Of a stretch of 64,000 nucleotides of DNA, positions 1 through 12,734 are shown in pieces; positions within the stretch are counted from its first letter, which is position 1; each line of letters opens with the position of its first letter. The notes below the pieces were generated by a model. The model ran no database searches. It was not told where the DNA came from and was given only the letters and a program-made list of their open reading frames with translations. The DNA is taken from the NCBI RefSeq assembly GCF_044704955.1, contig NC_091999.1, positions 58,218,001 to 58,282,000 on the forward strand, written 5' to 3'. This stretch comes from Pristiophorus japonicus (lineage: Eukaryota). Both the position numbers and the translations under genes were made by a program.

Positions 1-627
1 GCCTGAGACACGTAAACGCGGTCGACTGTGGACCATCCTACTCCAGGCCTCACCCAAGTAAAGGCGCTGGAGTCGGGATGGAGATTTCGCCAGACGTCCA
101 CCAAGTCGAAGGACCCGACCAGGTCCCTCAACTTCTCCATCACCGTCATGCTCTGCGGTGCACTGGAGCGGTCCCTCGCCTCGAGGGTGCAGTTAAAATC
201 CCCCCCCGAGGATAATGCAGTCGCCGACGTCGACGGAGCCAAGAAGAGCGAACACTTCTTCGAAGAAGCGCACTTGCTGCGGGCCGGGCTGACGGGCGTA
301 CACGTTCACGAGATGGAGTGGCACGTCCCCCAGGCGAACCGTTACGTGCAGCAAGCGGCCTGGAACGGGATCCACGACCCCCAAGATCTCCGGCTGAAAA
401 TGCGGGGCCAACAAGATGGCCACCCCACTAGAAGTGGTAGTGAGGTGCCTCATGCGGACCTCTCCTTGCCATTCCAGGAGCCACGTGGCTTCATCTCCCG
501 GAACGGTGTAGGTTTCTTGCAGGAAGCACACCGCATATTTCCCCTCCCGCAGGAGCGAAAAATTGTCAAATCTACGGCGTGCCTCTCTGCCGCCGTTGAT
601 GTTGAGGCTGGCTATGGTTATCTTCAT
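1..627 (-). pseudogene. Tx1 ORF2 N-terminal AP endonuclease, copy A (frameshift in a G-run near 205; continues beyond window)
   Basis: Motifs SLNING, LQET, SSGVAILL, NVYA and GGDFN. Confidence 0.85.
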
Positions 628-657
628 GACTAGAGCATAGTGCAACCTCTACCTAAC

Positions 658-2752
658 CTATTGTGGGGGGGGAGTGGAGTCGTTTGTTGATCTCCACTCC
701 TTCAGCAGCCCAGCGAGGAACTTTTTGAGCCGGCGCAGCTCAAGGCCTTGCGCCTTTGATAAGGGCCCGCCCGCGGCCATGGTTTTAGCTGCGGTGCGGA
801 CGGAAGCGACGAGCAACACTGGCTCAGACCATCTTTCCCGGGCCAGACGGGCTTGGTCGCGGCGACCCCGGCACTGGACCAAAAAGTCCCGTAGTTCCTT
901 TACAGGAATGAGGAGGGTCTCAGCGGCGGCCGCGAGCAGATCCACCGCCTCACTGGCGATGGTCTCTAGATCTTCTCCTGCGTCCCCCACCGAGTCCCCG
1001 TCCACCTCCGGGAGGTTGCCGCTATCAGCCGGCCCGTCGACCGCACGAGATACGGCAAACGGCCCGGCCGCTCCATCTGGCCCTGGCTCTGCTCCGATCC
1101 CACCCCCAGGATCGTCAGCAGAGGTGTCCCCACTGGGCTCTTCTAAAATTGGTGCTGGGTCGGGAAGCTTCAGCGGAAGGGGTTCCTCCTCCGCCCCAGG
1201 ATCCGGGGAACATGGAGAGACCTGGTTTAGGAAATTCTCCAGGTCCATCAAGTCCCTCAGCTCCAAAGTAGGGGGCGAGCTTTGTTGTTCTTCCCCCTCC
1301 CCACCGCCAACCCCGGCCCAGCGTGTGGATGTATATTACAGTTGTCTGCAGTGTCAGTTTCTGCCGAGTCGAGCAAATCCCGGGGGAAGTTGGGTATTGG
1401 CTGGGCGGGCTCAGGTTTGGCCTTTTCGGCCCCGCCCGCCTCAGTCCCCGAGACGCTCGACCCAGCGGCCACACATTCTTCCACGGTCCCCACGCCCCCC
1501 ACGACAGGCAGATCTTTCACGCCATCCCCGGGAGGCAGCGGCTGGGCAGCCTCGAATGTCTCACCCACCCCGGGGACAGACTCCTCTCGCCTACAGCGCA
1601 GCTTGGGGGCGCTGGTGGGGGACGCGGGACACGCGGCGGGCACCGCCTCCTCCGCGGAGGGATGTTGTTCCCCCTCCGCCTCATTGGAGCGGCGCCTCCT
1701 TTTGTTCCTGGGAGTGAGCGGAGGCAAGGAGACCCCCATGTCTGCCAAGGCCTCCTGCTCCACTCCCCCCTTTTCCTTATCATGCCCGCGCCCGAACCCC
1801 TCTGCGGTATTGATCGAGGGCTCGGGCACGGGCTCAGGGCACCCCGCGCTCGCCGGTGACGGGGTTGGGCTGAGCGCGATAAACAGATTGTCTGGCGCAC
1901 CGAAGGGACCCGGCTCGAGATGTTTCGTCTTCTTCCGCGCCTTCCTTCCGGCCGGACGCTCTCCCTCCCCCCCGCCGGATGCCGTGAAAACAAAGGCCCC
2001 CGACGATGCCCGCGCACCTACGGCTTCCGGCACGCGAACGCAACTAGGGGGAGGGGTGTTGGCGGCGCCAGCCTTGGCCGCCTTCGGTGGTTTGGCGGCT
2101 TTGGAGGCGGGGCAGTTCTTGCGAACGTGCCCCACCTCCCTACAGGCATGGCAACGCACGCCGTCCGACGTCCAGAAGACGCGGTAGGCAGTCCCCTCGT
2201 GCACCACATTAAAATTGCCCTCTGTTGTCTCCTCCCTCGGCAGCCGGACAAAGAGCTGGCGGCGGAAGGAGAACACATGGCGCAGGCTGTTCTCCCTGAG
2301 GCCGAGCGGTATGGGGTTGATCCCCGACCTTACCTCCCCCAGTTGGTGTAGGTGAGGGAGGAGGAGCTCAGCGGGAACAAAGGGCGGGACGTTCGATAGA
2401 ATGACCCTCTTTGCGGTGGCCTCGAGAGGGTCCACCGGCAGGAACGTCCTGCCCACCGTGAGCCCCTTTTCGACGGCCAGGGACACCGCCCGCTCCGACC
2501 CCAGGAAGAACACGGCCTTCCCAGACATCTTGGAGGCTGCGACAATGGTCGAGGTGCCGACTACCCCAGCCATCGCACGCACGCACTGCTCGATGCTCAT
2601 TGTGGGGTGAGTGTAGCTCTTGACCCCGTGTTTTTTAGTTATCAGTCTGAATGGTGGCAGGCAGCAGGAGACGCAGGAGGTGCCGTGGAAGCGCTTGCCA
2701 CCTGCGCATATGGCCTAGCTGGCCCTGCCACCGGCGTGGATGCGGTCGCCAT
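658..2752 (-). pseudogene. Tx1 ORF1 (gag-like, zinc knuckle), copy A, frameshifted
   Basis: ATG at 2752. ORF-track pieces 1257..2600 and 658..1266 are in different frames. CX2CX4HX4C knuckle followed by a long Pro/Ala/Glu-rich tail. Confidence 0.85.
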
Positions 2753-3846
2753 CACGGGGTCCCTTTAACGGCTACACCCACCCCAAAGTCACAGGCCTTA
2801 ATGGTCTTAAATGGCCGCGTTTAAATATTTGAACAGAGGGAGCTCTGAAAGAGGCACACCTCTCCCCTAGTTGGCAATTGGGGAGGGGCCTTGCTCCCTC
2901 TGCTCAGTTGTCTTAATTGTTTGTTTTTTTTTAATTAGGAGGAAAGGGCTCTCAGAGAGAGAGGGGAGAGACAGAGAGAGAGATAGAGTGAGGGGGTGTG
3001 GGAAAGAGGGAAGCTGCGAGCGCAGGTCTCCCCTCACAGCAGTGGGTGGGTGCACTCCCAGATGTCAAACAAAACAGTCTTTGGGGTGGTCTTCGGGTGG
3101 GTGGAGAAGATGTCTTCACCTGGGGCAGCTGGAGCCACACAGGTACACACTCCCAACCATGTTAATTAGGGTGATTGAGTTTCTTCAGCCTGGTAGCTCC
3201 ATCTATCCCAGGCTAGGCAATGGGAGAGGGGTGCTTCAGTGGAGTGTGGGCCTAGCTGTAGGCAAGACCCCCACACACACTTCCACACACACACACACAC
3301 CCTCCGCGATGTTCCGGCCCTCGATAGGTCTTCTTTCCTCCCCCCACCGATACAACAAAGTCTATTGGGGAATGCACCAAAACACACCCACATCTGATTG
3401 AAGAAGTCTTTCCCTCCTTCCACACAGTTGTTTTTTCCCCCTTTCTCCAAATCTTTGTAGAATTAATCAAGTTGTTGCAGTCTTCTGCTCTCCTCCTATC
3501 CCTCTGGAAGAATGGTAATATAGCCCCTTCCTTCCTCCTCCTATTCCTGGGCTGGTCTCAGGGCTCACTCAAGGCCTCCCAGACAGGAGCAAAGCAGGGA
3601 GTTCCTTCTCTCTCAGCAGCACAGCTCCAAGTGAATAGGCCACGCCTCCAAAGCGCCACCATTGTTCCTTGTGCATAAACTCCTTTAGGAGTAAACAAAA
3701 AACATTAAACCGTGCCCCCGATCTGGGGGAAACGCCAACATTTACAATGTCCTTTTTTTTTTGGGCACAGAATTGAATTTTTATCCAAGTGCCCCCTACA
3801 AAAGGGGAGGGGGACACGAAAAGCACCGGCAATTAAACACCTAAAG

Positions 3847-5848
3847 TCAAATTAAAATTTGGTTGCCGGGCGTGATGATGCACTCCAGTCCCTCCGGTGC
3901 CCACCTCTCGCGGAAGGCCGCGAGCGTACCGGTGGACACCGCGTGCTCCATCTCCAAGGACAGCTTGGACTGGATGTAAGAGCGGAAGAGAGGCAGGCAG
4001 TCTGGCTGAACGACCCCCACGACCGCCCGCTGCCTGGACCGGCTGATGGCCCCCTTGGCCGTGCCCAGGAGCCGTCCTACGAGGAGGCCCTCGGACCTAC
4101 CCGCTCCCCTCCGCACAGGGTGCCCGAAGATCAGGAGTGTGGGACTGAAGTGCAGCCAGAATTTCAGGAGCAGCCCCTTTAAATAACAAAATAGGGGCTG
4201 CAACCTCGTGCACTCAATAAAAACATGGAACACGGACTCTTCTAGACCGCAGAAATTACAGGCGGCCTGGGAGCCCGTGAACCGGCTTAATAATTTATTG
4301 CACGGGACTGCTCCGTGCACCACCCTCCAGGCCAAGTCCCCGATAAATACTGGGAGGACGCCTGCGTAGAGTGCCCTCCATCGGTGACCCCCGCCTCTTC
4401 CGGACGGCAAGATGGTACGCCATGGCGTGTCCGGACGGCAGGCGAGGTTGGCAAAGTTGAGAGTGTGCAGGAGCAGCCCGTACAGGAAACCCCTCCGCGC
4501 GGAACTGAAAGGCACGGATGGGATTTCCCCGAGGCGGCTCAAGTTGTGAGGCGCCGGCCCCCGAGGGAGGTTCCGGGGTTTGGCGCCAATGGGGAATTCT
4601 GTCCGGACGGGGGTCAGTTCGGACGGGATCTCCCCACGTGCTTGAGCCTCCTCGATGCACCAAACGGAGTCGGGGACCAGAGCTGTTTTTAGCGACTCGA
4701 TGGCATCGGCCGCGTGGCGGACGTTGGCAGAATTTAGGCGCCGCGCCAGCGTGTCTGGCGCCATCCAGCCCGCTCCTCCGCCATCGAGCAGGTCCCTGAC
4801 TCTGGTCACCTCACCAGCCACAGCCCTCTCATCCGACCGCCACAAAAAACCTCAGTCGTGGAGGTACGGATTCCCGAGCAGCGGTTCCTGCAGGACGGCC
4901 GCCAGTCCAGCCGGCGGAGAGCTGCGCTTGGTGGAGACTTTGTTCCAGACCCTGATGAGTTCCTTGTAAAAGACAGGCAGCTCCCGGAGGGCGGTCCTGA
5001 CGCCCCCACACTCACAAACAGGAGCTGCATGTTGTTGTTGAGGCCGTGCTGCTGGCGAAATAAATACATTGCCAGAGCACGCCACCTAGGAGGAGGCTCG
5101 ACGTAAAGATATCTCTGCAGGGTCTGAAATGGAAAGTCGCGAGCTGGGCGCTGACGCACAACAACGACTGACCACCCTCCCCAAGCGGGAGACTCAAGAC
5201 CGCGGCAGAGATCCAGTGCTTCCTGTTGTTCCAGAAGTCCACCAGCTTCTTCTGTATCTTGGCGACAAACGCAGGGGGAGGGCTCAAAGTGACCAGCCGC
5301 TACCACAGCATAGCGGCCACCAGCTGGTTTATGACTAGCGCTCAACCCCTGTAGGACAGCACTTGGAGCAGTCCTGTCCAGCGGCCTAGGCGAGCGGCGA
5401 CCTTGGCCTCCAGCTCCTGCCAGTTCGCCACCCACACTTCCTCGCCGGGGCTAAGGTAGACTCCCAGATAGAGGAGATGGGTCGTGCTCCAGGCAAAAAG
5501 CCTGAGCTCCTCCGGCAGGGAGTCCACCCGCCACTGACCCACCAGGAGTCCGGAACATTTCTCCCAATTGATTCTGGCGGAGGACGCGGTCGAGTAAATC
5601 TCCTGGCACTCACACATCCTCCGCAGGTCAGCGGGATCCTCTACCGCGAGGAGCACGTCATCGGCGTAAGCCGAGAGGACGACTTCCACGCCCGGCCCTT
5701 GCAGAGCCAGTCCCGTCAACCTCGTCCACAAGAGGCGCAGGAAAGGCTCCACCGCATATTTCCCCTCCCGCAGGAGCGAAAAATTGTCAAATCTACGGCG
5801 TGCCTGTCTGCCGCCGTTGATGTTGAGGCTGGCTATGGTTATCTTCAT
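3847..5848 (-). pseudogene. Tx1 ORF2, copy B: endonuclease N-terminus fused by deletion to the RT C-terminal half, plus C-terminal zinc finger; frameshifted
   Basis: ...EGKYAV|EPFL... junction at about 5751; LSAYADDV; INWEKCSGL; YLGVYL; CxxC...HxxxxC; stop at 3847. Confidence 0.88.
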
Positions 5849-5878
5849 GACTAGAGCATAGTGCAACCTCTACCTAAC

Positions 5879-7932
5879 CTATTGTGGGGGGGGAGTGGAG
5901 TCGTTTGTTGACCTCCACTCCTTCAGCAGCCCAGCGAGGAACTTTTTGAGCCGGCGCAGCTCAAGGCATTGCGCCTTTGATAAGGGCCCGCCCGCGGCCA
6001 TGGTTTTAGCTGCGGTGCGGACGGAAGCGACGAGCAGCCCCGGCTCGGACCATCTTTCCAGGGCCAGACGGGCTTGGGCGCGGCGACCCCGGCACTGGAC
6101 CAAAAAGTCCCGGAGTTCCTTTACAGGAATGAGGAGGGTCTCAGCGGCAGCCGCGAGCAGATCCACCGCCTCACTGGCGATGGTCTCTAGATCTTCTCCT
6201 GCGTCCCCCACCGAGTCTCCGTCCCCCTCCGGGAGGTCGCCGCCAGCAGCCGGCCCATCGACCGCACGAGGTACGGCAAACCGCCCGGCCGCTCCATCTG
6301 GCCCTGGCTCTGCCCCGATCCCACCCCCACGATCGTCGGCAGAGGAGTCCCCACTGAGCATTTTTAAAAGTGGTGCTGGGTCGGGAAGCGACAGCGGAAG
6401 GGGTTCCTCCTCCGCCCCAGGAGCCGGGGAACACGGAGAGACCTGGTTTAGGAAATTCTCCAGGTCCACCAAGTATCCCAGCTCCAAAGTATGGGGCGAG
6501 GGTTGTTGTTCTTCCCCCTCCCCGCCGCCTCCCCCCGGCCCAGCGTGTGGATGCATATTACCGTTGTCTGCAGTGTCAGCTTCTGCCGAGTCGAGCAAAT
6601 CCCGGGGCAAGTTGGGTATTGGCTGGGCGGCCTCAGGTTCGGCCTTTTCGGCCTCGCCCGCCTCAGTCCCCGGGACGCTCGACCCGGCGGCTACGGATTC
6701 TTCCGCTGGCCCCACGCCCCCCACGACAGGCAGATCTTCCACATCATCCCCGGGAGGCAGCGGCTGGGCAGCCTCGACTGCCTCACCCTCCCCGGGGACA
6801 GATTCCTCACGCCTACAGCGCAGTTCGGGGGCGCTGGTGGGGGACGCGGGACATGCGACGGGCACCGACTCCTCCGCGGAGGGATGTTTTCTCCCTCCAC
6901 CTCATTGGAGCGGCGCCTCCTTTTTTTCCTGGGGGTTCGCGGAGGCAGGGAGACCCCCATGTCTGCCGAGGCCTCCCGCTCCACTCCCCCCTTTTTCTTG
7001 TCTTGCCCACGCCCGAACCCCTCGATGATACTAGTCAAGTGCTCGGGCACGGGCTCAGGGCACCCCGCGCTCGCCGGTGACGGGGTTTGGCCTTGCGCGG
7101 TAAACAAGTTGTTTGGCGCACCGAGGGGATGTTTCGCCTTCTTCCGCGCCTTCTTTCCGGTCGTGAAAACAAAGGCCCCCGATGATGCCCGCGCACCTAT
7201 GGCTCCCGGCAAGCGGATGCTACTAGGGGGAGGGGTGGCGGCGGCGCCAGCCTTGGACGCCCTCGGTGGTTTGGCAGCCTTGTTGGCGGGGCAGTTCTTG
7301 CGAACATGCCCCACCTCCCTGCAGGCATGGCACCGCACGCCATCCGACGTCCAGAAGACGCGGTAGGCAGTCCCCTCGTGCACCACATTAAAACAACCCT
7401 CCGTCATCTCCTCCCGCGCCAGCCGGACAAAGAGCTGGCGGCGGAAGGAGAACACATGGCGCAGGCTGGTCTCCCTGAGGCCGAGCGGTATGGGGTTGAT
7501 CCCCGACCTTACCTCCCCCAGTTGGTGTAGGTGAGGGAGGAGGAGCTCAGCGGGAACAAAGGGCGGGACGCTTGAAATGATGACCCTCTGCGTGGTGACC
7601 TCGAGAAGGTCCACTGGCAGGAAAGTCCCGCCCACCGTGAGCCCCTTTTCAAGGGCCAGGGACACCGGTCGCTCCGACCCCAGGAAGAACACGGCCTTCC
7701 CAGACATCTTGGAGGCTGCGACAATGGCCGAGGGGCCGACTACCCCAGCCATCGCCCGCGCACACTCCTCAATGCTCATTGTGGGGTGAGTGTAGCCCTT
7801 GACCCCGTGTTTTTTAGTTATCAGTCTGAATGGTGGCAGGGCAACAGGAGGCGCAGGAGGCGCCGTGGATGTGGACGCCGCCTGCGCATAATTCCTAGCT
7901 GGCCCTGCCACCAGCGTGGATGGGGTCGCCAT
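5879..7932 (-). pseudogene. Tx1 ORF1, copy B, frameshifted near 6890
   Basis: ORF-track pieces 6691..7935 and 5879..6865; CCHC knuckle; close paralog of copy A ORF1. Confidence 0.85.
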
Positions 7933-8872
7933 CACGGGGTCCCTTTAAGCGCGACACCCACCCCAAAGTCACAGGCCTTAATGGTCTTAACTGGCCTCGT
8001 TTAAGTTCTTAAAAGCGGGAGCTCTGAAAGAGGCACACCTCTCCCCTAATTTGCAATTGGGGAGGGGCCTTGCTCCCTCTGCTCAGTTGTCTTAATTGTT
8101 CTTGTCTTTTTTTCCCAATTGGGAGGAAAGGCTCTCAGAGAGAGAGGGGGGAGACAGAGAGAGAGACAGAGTGATGGGGTGTGGGAAAGAGGGAGGCTGC
8201 AAGGGCAGGTCTCCCTTCACAGTAATGGGTGGGTGCACTCCCCAGATGGCAAACAAAACAGTCTTTGGGGTGATCTTCGGCTGGGGGGAGAAGATGTCTT
8301 CACCTGGGGCAGCTGGAGCCACACAGGTACACACTCCCAACGATGTTAATTAGGGTGATTCAGTTTCTTCAGCCTGGTAGCTCCAGCTATCCCAGGCTAG
8401 GCAATTGGGTGAGGGGTGCTTCAGTGGTGTGTGGGCCTAGCTGTAGGCAAGACCCCCACACACACTTCCACACACACACCCCCCCCCGCGGTGTTCTGGC
8501 CCTCGATTGGTCTTCTTTCCTCCCCCCACCGATACAACAAAGTATTTTTGGTGAATGCACCAAAACACACCCACCTTTGGCTGAAGAAGTCTTTCCCTCC
8601 TTCCACACTGGTAAGTTGTTGTTCTTTTTTCCACCTCTTTCCAACTCTTTGTTGAAATAATGAAGGTGTTGCAGTCTTCTGCTCTCCTCCTCTCACTCTA
8701 GATGAATGGTAATGAAGCCCCTTCCTATCTCCTGTTCCTGGGCTGGTCTCAGGGCTCACTCCAGGCCTTCCAGACAGAAGCTAAAGCAGGGAGTTCCTTC
8801 TCTCAAAGCAGCCAGGCTCCAAGTGCATAGGCCACGCCTCCAAAGCTCCATCATTGGTCCTTGTGCATGAAA

Positions 8873-9065
8873 CTCTTTTTGGGAGTAAACAAAAAACATT
8901 AAACCGTGCCCCCCCCCCCCCGATCTGGGGGAAACACCAAACATTTACAGGCCCTTTTATTTTTTGTGGTATTTTTTGGGGGGGTTTTTTTGGCACAAAA
9001 ACATATTTTTTCTCCAAGTGCCCCCTATAAAAGGGGAGGGGGACACTAAAAGCACCGGCAATTAA
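8873..9065 (-). mobile_element. Tx1 copy C: 3'UTR only (5'-truncated)
   Basis: Matches 3680-3836 (the 3'UTR of copy B). Homology ends at GCAATTAA, next to CR1 sequence. Confidence 0.75.
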
Positions 9066-9760
9066 TGTTAGTTTGCAGGTGCAGCAGGTAATCAGGAAGG
9101 CGAATGGAATGTTGACATTCATTGCCAGAGAGATGGAGTACAAAAGCAGGGAGGTCCTTCTGCAACTGTATAGGGTATTGGTGAGGCCGCACCTGGAGTA
9201 CTGTGTGCAGTTTTGGTCACCTTACTTAAGGAAGGATATACTAGCTTTGGAGGGGGTACAGAGACGATTCACGAGGCTGATTCAGGAGATGATAGGGTTA
9301 CCTTATGATGATAGATTGAGTAGACTGGGTCTTTACTCGTTGGAGATCAGAAGGATGAGGGTTGATCGATAGAAACATTTAAAACAATGAAAGGCATAGA
9401 CAAGATAGAGCAGAGAGGTTGTTTCCACTGCTCGGGGAGACTATAACTAGAGGGCACAGCCTCAAAATACAGGGGAGCCAATTTAAAACTCAGTTGAGAA
9501 GGAATTTCTTCTCCCACAGAGTTGTGAATCGGTGGAATTATCTGCAAAGGGGAGGAATTGAGGATAGCTCATTGAATGTATTCAATTCACAGAAAGATAG
9601 ATTTTTAACCAATAAGGGAATTAAGAGTTATGGGGAGCGGGCGGGTAAGTGGAGCTGAGTCCACGACCAGATCAGCCATGATCTTGTTGAATGGCGGAGC
9701 AGGCTCCAGATGCAAGATGGCCTACTCCTGTTCCTAATTCTCATGTTCTTATGTTCTTAT
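9066..9760 (+). mobile_element. CR1 LINE 3' fragment inserted in the IgM secretory tail
   Basis: QVQQVIRKANGML...VRPHLEYCVQFWSPY; terminal (ATGTTCTT)n repeat at 9743-9760. Confidence 0.93.
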
Positions 9761-10119
9761 GAAGGTGTCCATCAGAACAAGGAAAATGCTTTACCACTGG
9801 ATTTATTGACGGTTCTGTTGGTGATTATCAAGGAGATCGCTTCATGTCCCACCACACAGGTGTGAGAGGCGCCGCTGGCCCACTCCTCGGCTGCAATGGA
9901 TAGCAGGCTGTACATGAAGAAGGAGCTGCTGCCGTTCTCCGCCATCACCTCGGTGTTCTGGTAGTTGCGGGAATCCACCGGCTTTCATTGACGGTCCATT
10001 TGACGAAGATTTTTCGGGGGGAGAACCTCTCACTAAGCAGGTGAGGCTGACCAACCTCTGAGCAGAGACTTCTGCTGAGGGCAGGAGGACAGACACGGCT
10101 GGTTCCCGCGGATCTTTCG
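9761..10119 (-). pseudogene. IGHM: IgM Cmu4 exon plus truncated secretory tail
   Basis: AG acceptor at 10120-21. Translates as KDPREPAVSVLLPSAE..LTCLVRG(F)SPRKIFVKW...[27 protein letters not shown]...[16 protein letters not shown]. Two 1-bp deletions, a deletion in the tail, and truncation by CR1. Confidence 0.93.
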
Positions 10120-11011
10120 CTGTAGAACAGTTACAACAAAGGCCAATGAACTGGATAGTTCCAGAGACAATGGGGGAATTTCAACCCAATACAGCGGGCG
10201 GGTTTTGGGCGTGGAGGTTGTTAAATTGGTAAAAATTAGAATCCCTACCTCAACTCGCCTACTTCCAGTTGTAATATTATATTTGAGTAATATATTTAAA
10301 TGATACTTGAATCCTCTATTTTAACCACCATTTGGTGTTTAACAGTCGTTGGTCCGGTTTGACACACTGTGTAAATCTCAGCAGTTACAGCAAGGTGGGG
10401 ATTGCTGCTCCCAGGTGGTAATTGCCCTTGCACCTACCTCCTGGATCCAGGATCCGCGACCTCCTCACTCGGCTTCCAATCCTCCCGTTTTCACTGGTGG
10501 CCTGTGAGACCAACGCCCACAACTCGCCTTCTTCATTTAAATTCAGCCAATTTCCGGTGGTTAGATGTGAGAGAAATGGACACCGCGTTGAATTTTGACG
10601 CTTTTCATTTTCCCCTCTGTTGCCTCTCTGGTTTTCCATCCCTTATCCGAGGGAACGTAATCTTTCTCTCTGAAATCTTGAAGCATTGGACTGGAAAATG
10701 ACAAAGAATTTAATGCACAGAACGAGGAGATTTGGCCAACTGGTCTATGCCGGTGGTTGTGATCCACACAAGCCTCCTCCGAGCCCACTTCATCTAAACC
10801 TAATAATATACCGTTCTATTTCTTTCTCGCTCATGGACTTATCCAGTTTCCCCTAAAATACATAATGTCAGGTCCCAGAGTGCTGAGATGGTGGAATTAC
10901 CAACCTGAATGATCAGAGTAGCCATTAAACACTTTATATAATCAATTGGCCCTTGCACACGCATCGAAATTGTCGCAGTGTCTTACTTATTGCAACAATC
11001 TCCCCGCTCAC

Positions 11012-11319
11012 CCTTTTCCTTGTGGATGGAATCTCTGAGAGGAGTCGGCATATCCTGATGGCTCACCACGCAGTAGAACTTATTCCCACTCAGCCAGTCT
11101 TGTGTCGAGATGTTTTAGTTGCTGATCACACTGTTGGGATCCTCTCCGGGTTGGACGGCAATCTCTGATTTCAAAGACTCGTTTTTTCGTGTCCAGGTCA
11201 CGGTGAGCCCATAAGGAGCGTTAGACACGACGCACGTTAAGGTCACCGTCGCCTCCAGTAAAACCTGTTCCAGTGACGGTGGGCGAAGAGTGATTTTTAA
11301 TCGCTGCATGGGACATCCA
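11012..11319 (-). pseudogene. IGHM: IgM Cmu3 exon
   Basis: AG/GT bounded, 308 nt (frameshift). [30 protein letters not shown]...W...[26 protein letters not shown], with an in-frame TAA. Confidence 0.93.
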
Positions 11320-12019
11320 CTGCGAAACAGGAATGAAAGTCAGGAAAAGCCGCATCTTCAGAATCAGGACACCAATAATTAGCCTTAACTCTTTCAAGGG
11401 GAATAACTCACTTTTGAGATATCAACCTCTCGCTATTGCTTGAACACCGTCGTTATGGAAGGACAATGAATTGGCAACGATTCCGGGGAATCTGGAATAT
11501 TTCCTGTGTATTTGAGCCAGAGCTACCTGTAATGGCCTGTGAAGCAAATACCTGGCGTAAAATGGGAATACATTGGGACGCAATTGTGATAGGCACTGAA
11601 TAGCGCTCTTCCTGAAATCCCTTGCTCCTTTACGCCCGTCTATAGATTCTTGCACCCAAGTGCATCTCCACTGGTTATAATAGCTGAAGCCCGAATATCC
11701 CCAAGTTCAAGAGGTCTACACCTGCATTACCCTGGTTCAAAACCAGTGTCAAATTAATTTCAGGATTTATGGGACAACAGGAAACAAAGTTAAGTTTCTA
11801 GTCTTTTGCTGCTATTTTTGTTGCGATGAAAATGTGCAGGAACCAGTCACATCCACCGTCAGAGGAGAAGTGCAAGGTCCGGAGAATGGAGTTGCAAGGA
11901 ATCTTTTGTGGTGGGGCATCATTTGTAATGATGTGAGGTAGTTTGTTAATATCTGTAATTACTGAACATTTATCATGTCTGGTGAGAGAGATTCAGAAAG
12001 CACTATGACCTCAGGGCAT

Positions 12020-12560
12020 TAATAGCAACAAAGGAATAGGAGAAGGTCATTCAGCCCATCCATCCTGTCCCGCCATCCAGTTAGATCATGGCTGATGAAC
12101 ACTCAACACCATCTTCACGCCTTGGTTATGTAACCCATGATAAACTTGCCGAACAAAAATCTATCAATTTCAGTTTTCAACTTTTCAATTGAAAGCAAGT
12201 GTCAGCAGCTTTTGGGGAGGGAAATCCCGAATTGCAATATTCTTCCTGTTAGAAAATCCTTTCTGACATCACCTCTGCACGGCCTAACTCTAATGTTAAG
12301 GTTTTGCTACTTGTTCTGGACTCTCCCATCAAACTAAATACATGTTTCTATATCTACTCGATACAATTCCATTTATCAACTTAAACACGTCAATTGGACC
12401 ATCTCTTAACGTTCTATTCTCACCAACTGATCATTTTACATTATTAGCCCCGGTATAATTCGGGTAAACCTGCAGTTTAGCACCTCCACGTATATCCTTC
12501 CTCAGGTGCGGAGCCTAGATTTGGGCTCAGTACTCTGAATAGGGTAGATGCCCATTCTTG
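12020..12560 (-). mobile_element. Old CR1 3' fragment
   Basis: Reverse complement of the CR1 3'UTR/ORF2 end (ggtcattcagccc...gatcatggctgat). Confidence 0.65.
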
Positions 12561-12734
12561 CAGTGGGTTCCTGGACAGTTAGCAGTGAAGGATTCCAGAC
12601 TCCTATTGCCATTCCGTATATGATCAGCTAACTCAGGATATACCTGAGACTAAGGACACTTCACTCACTGCCTGACACCAGAGCAAGGGGAAAGCTTCTT
12701 TGGCGAGGTTAATAAATCCTGAGCAATGAGGAAT

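Larger units (their letters stand above)
1..3679 (-). mobile_element. Tx1-clade (L1 superfamily) non-LTR retrotransposon, copy A (5'UTR, ORF1, start of ORF2; runs off left edge)
   Basis: ORF1 has a CCHC knuckle (CHACREVGHVRKNCP). ORF2 begins MKITIASLNINGG...FLQETY...VNVYA...GGDFNC, an APE endonuclease. Homologous to copy B at about 5.2 kb offset. The boundary at about 3680 is inferred. Confidence 0.9.
3680..8872 (-). mobile_element. Tx1-clade retrotransposon, copy B, both ends present but ORF2 internally deleted
   Basis: 5'UTR, ORF1 (7932-5879), ORF2 (5848-3847) with YADD and C-terminal CNFCGLEESVFHVFIEC, then a short 3'UTR. Confidence 0.9.

Noticed and set aside
674-7366. Long plus-strand ORFs (347, 301, 377, 291 aa)
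   Set aside because: Antisense shadows of GC-rich Tx1 ORF1; low complexity with no domain motifs.
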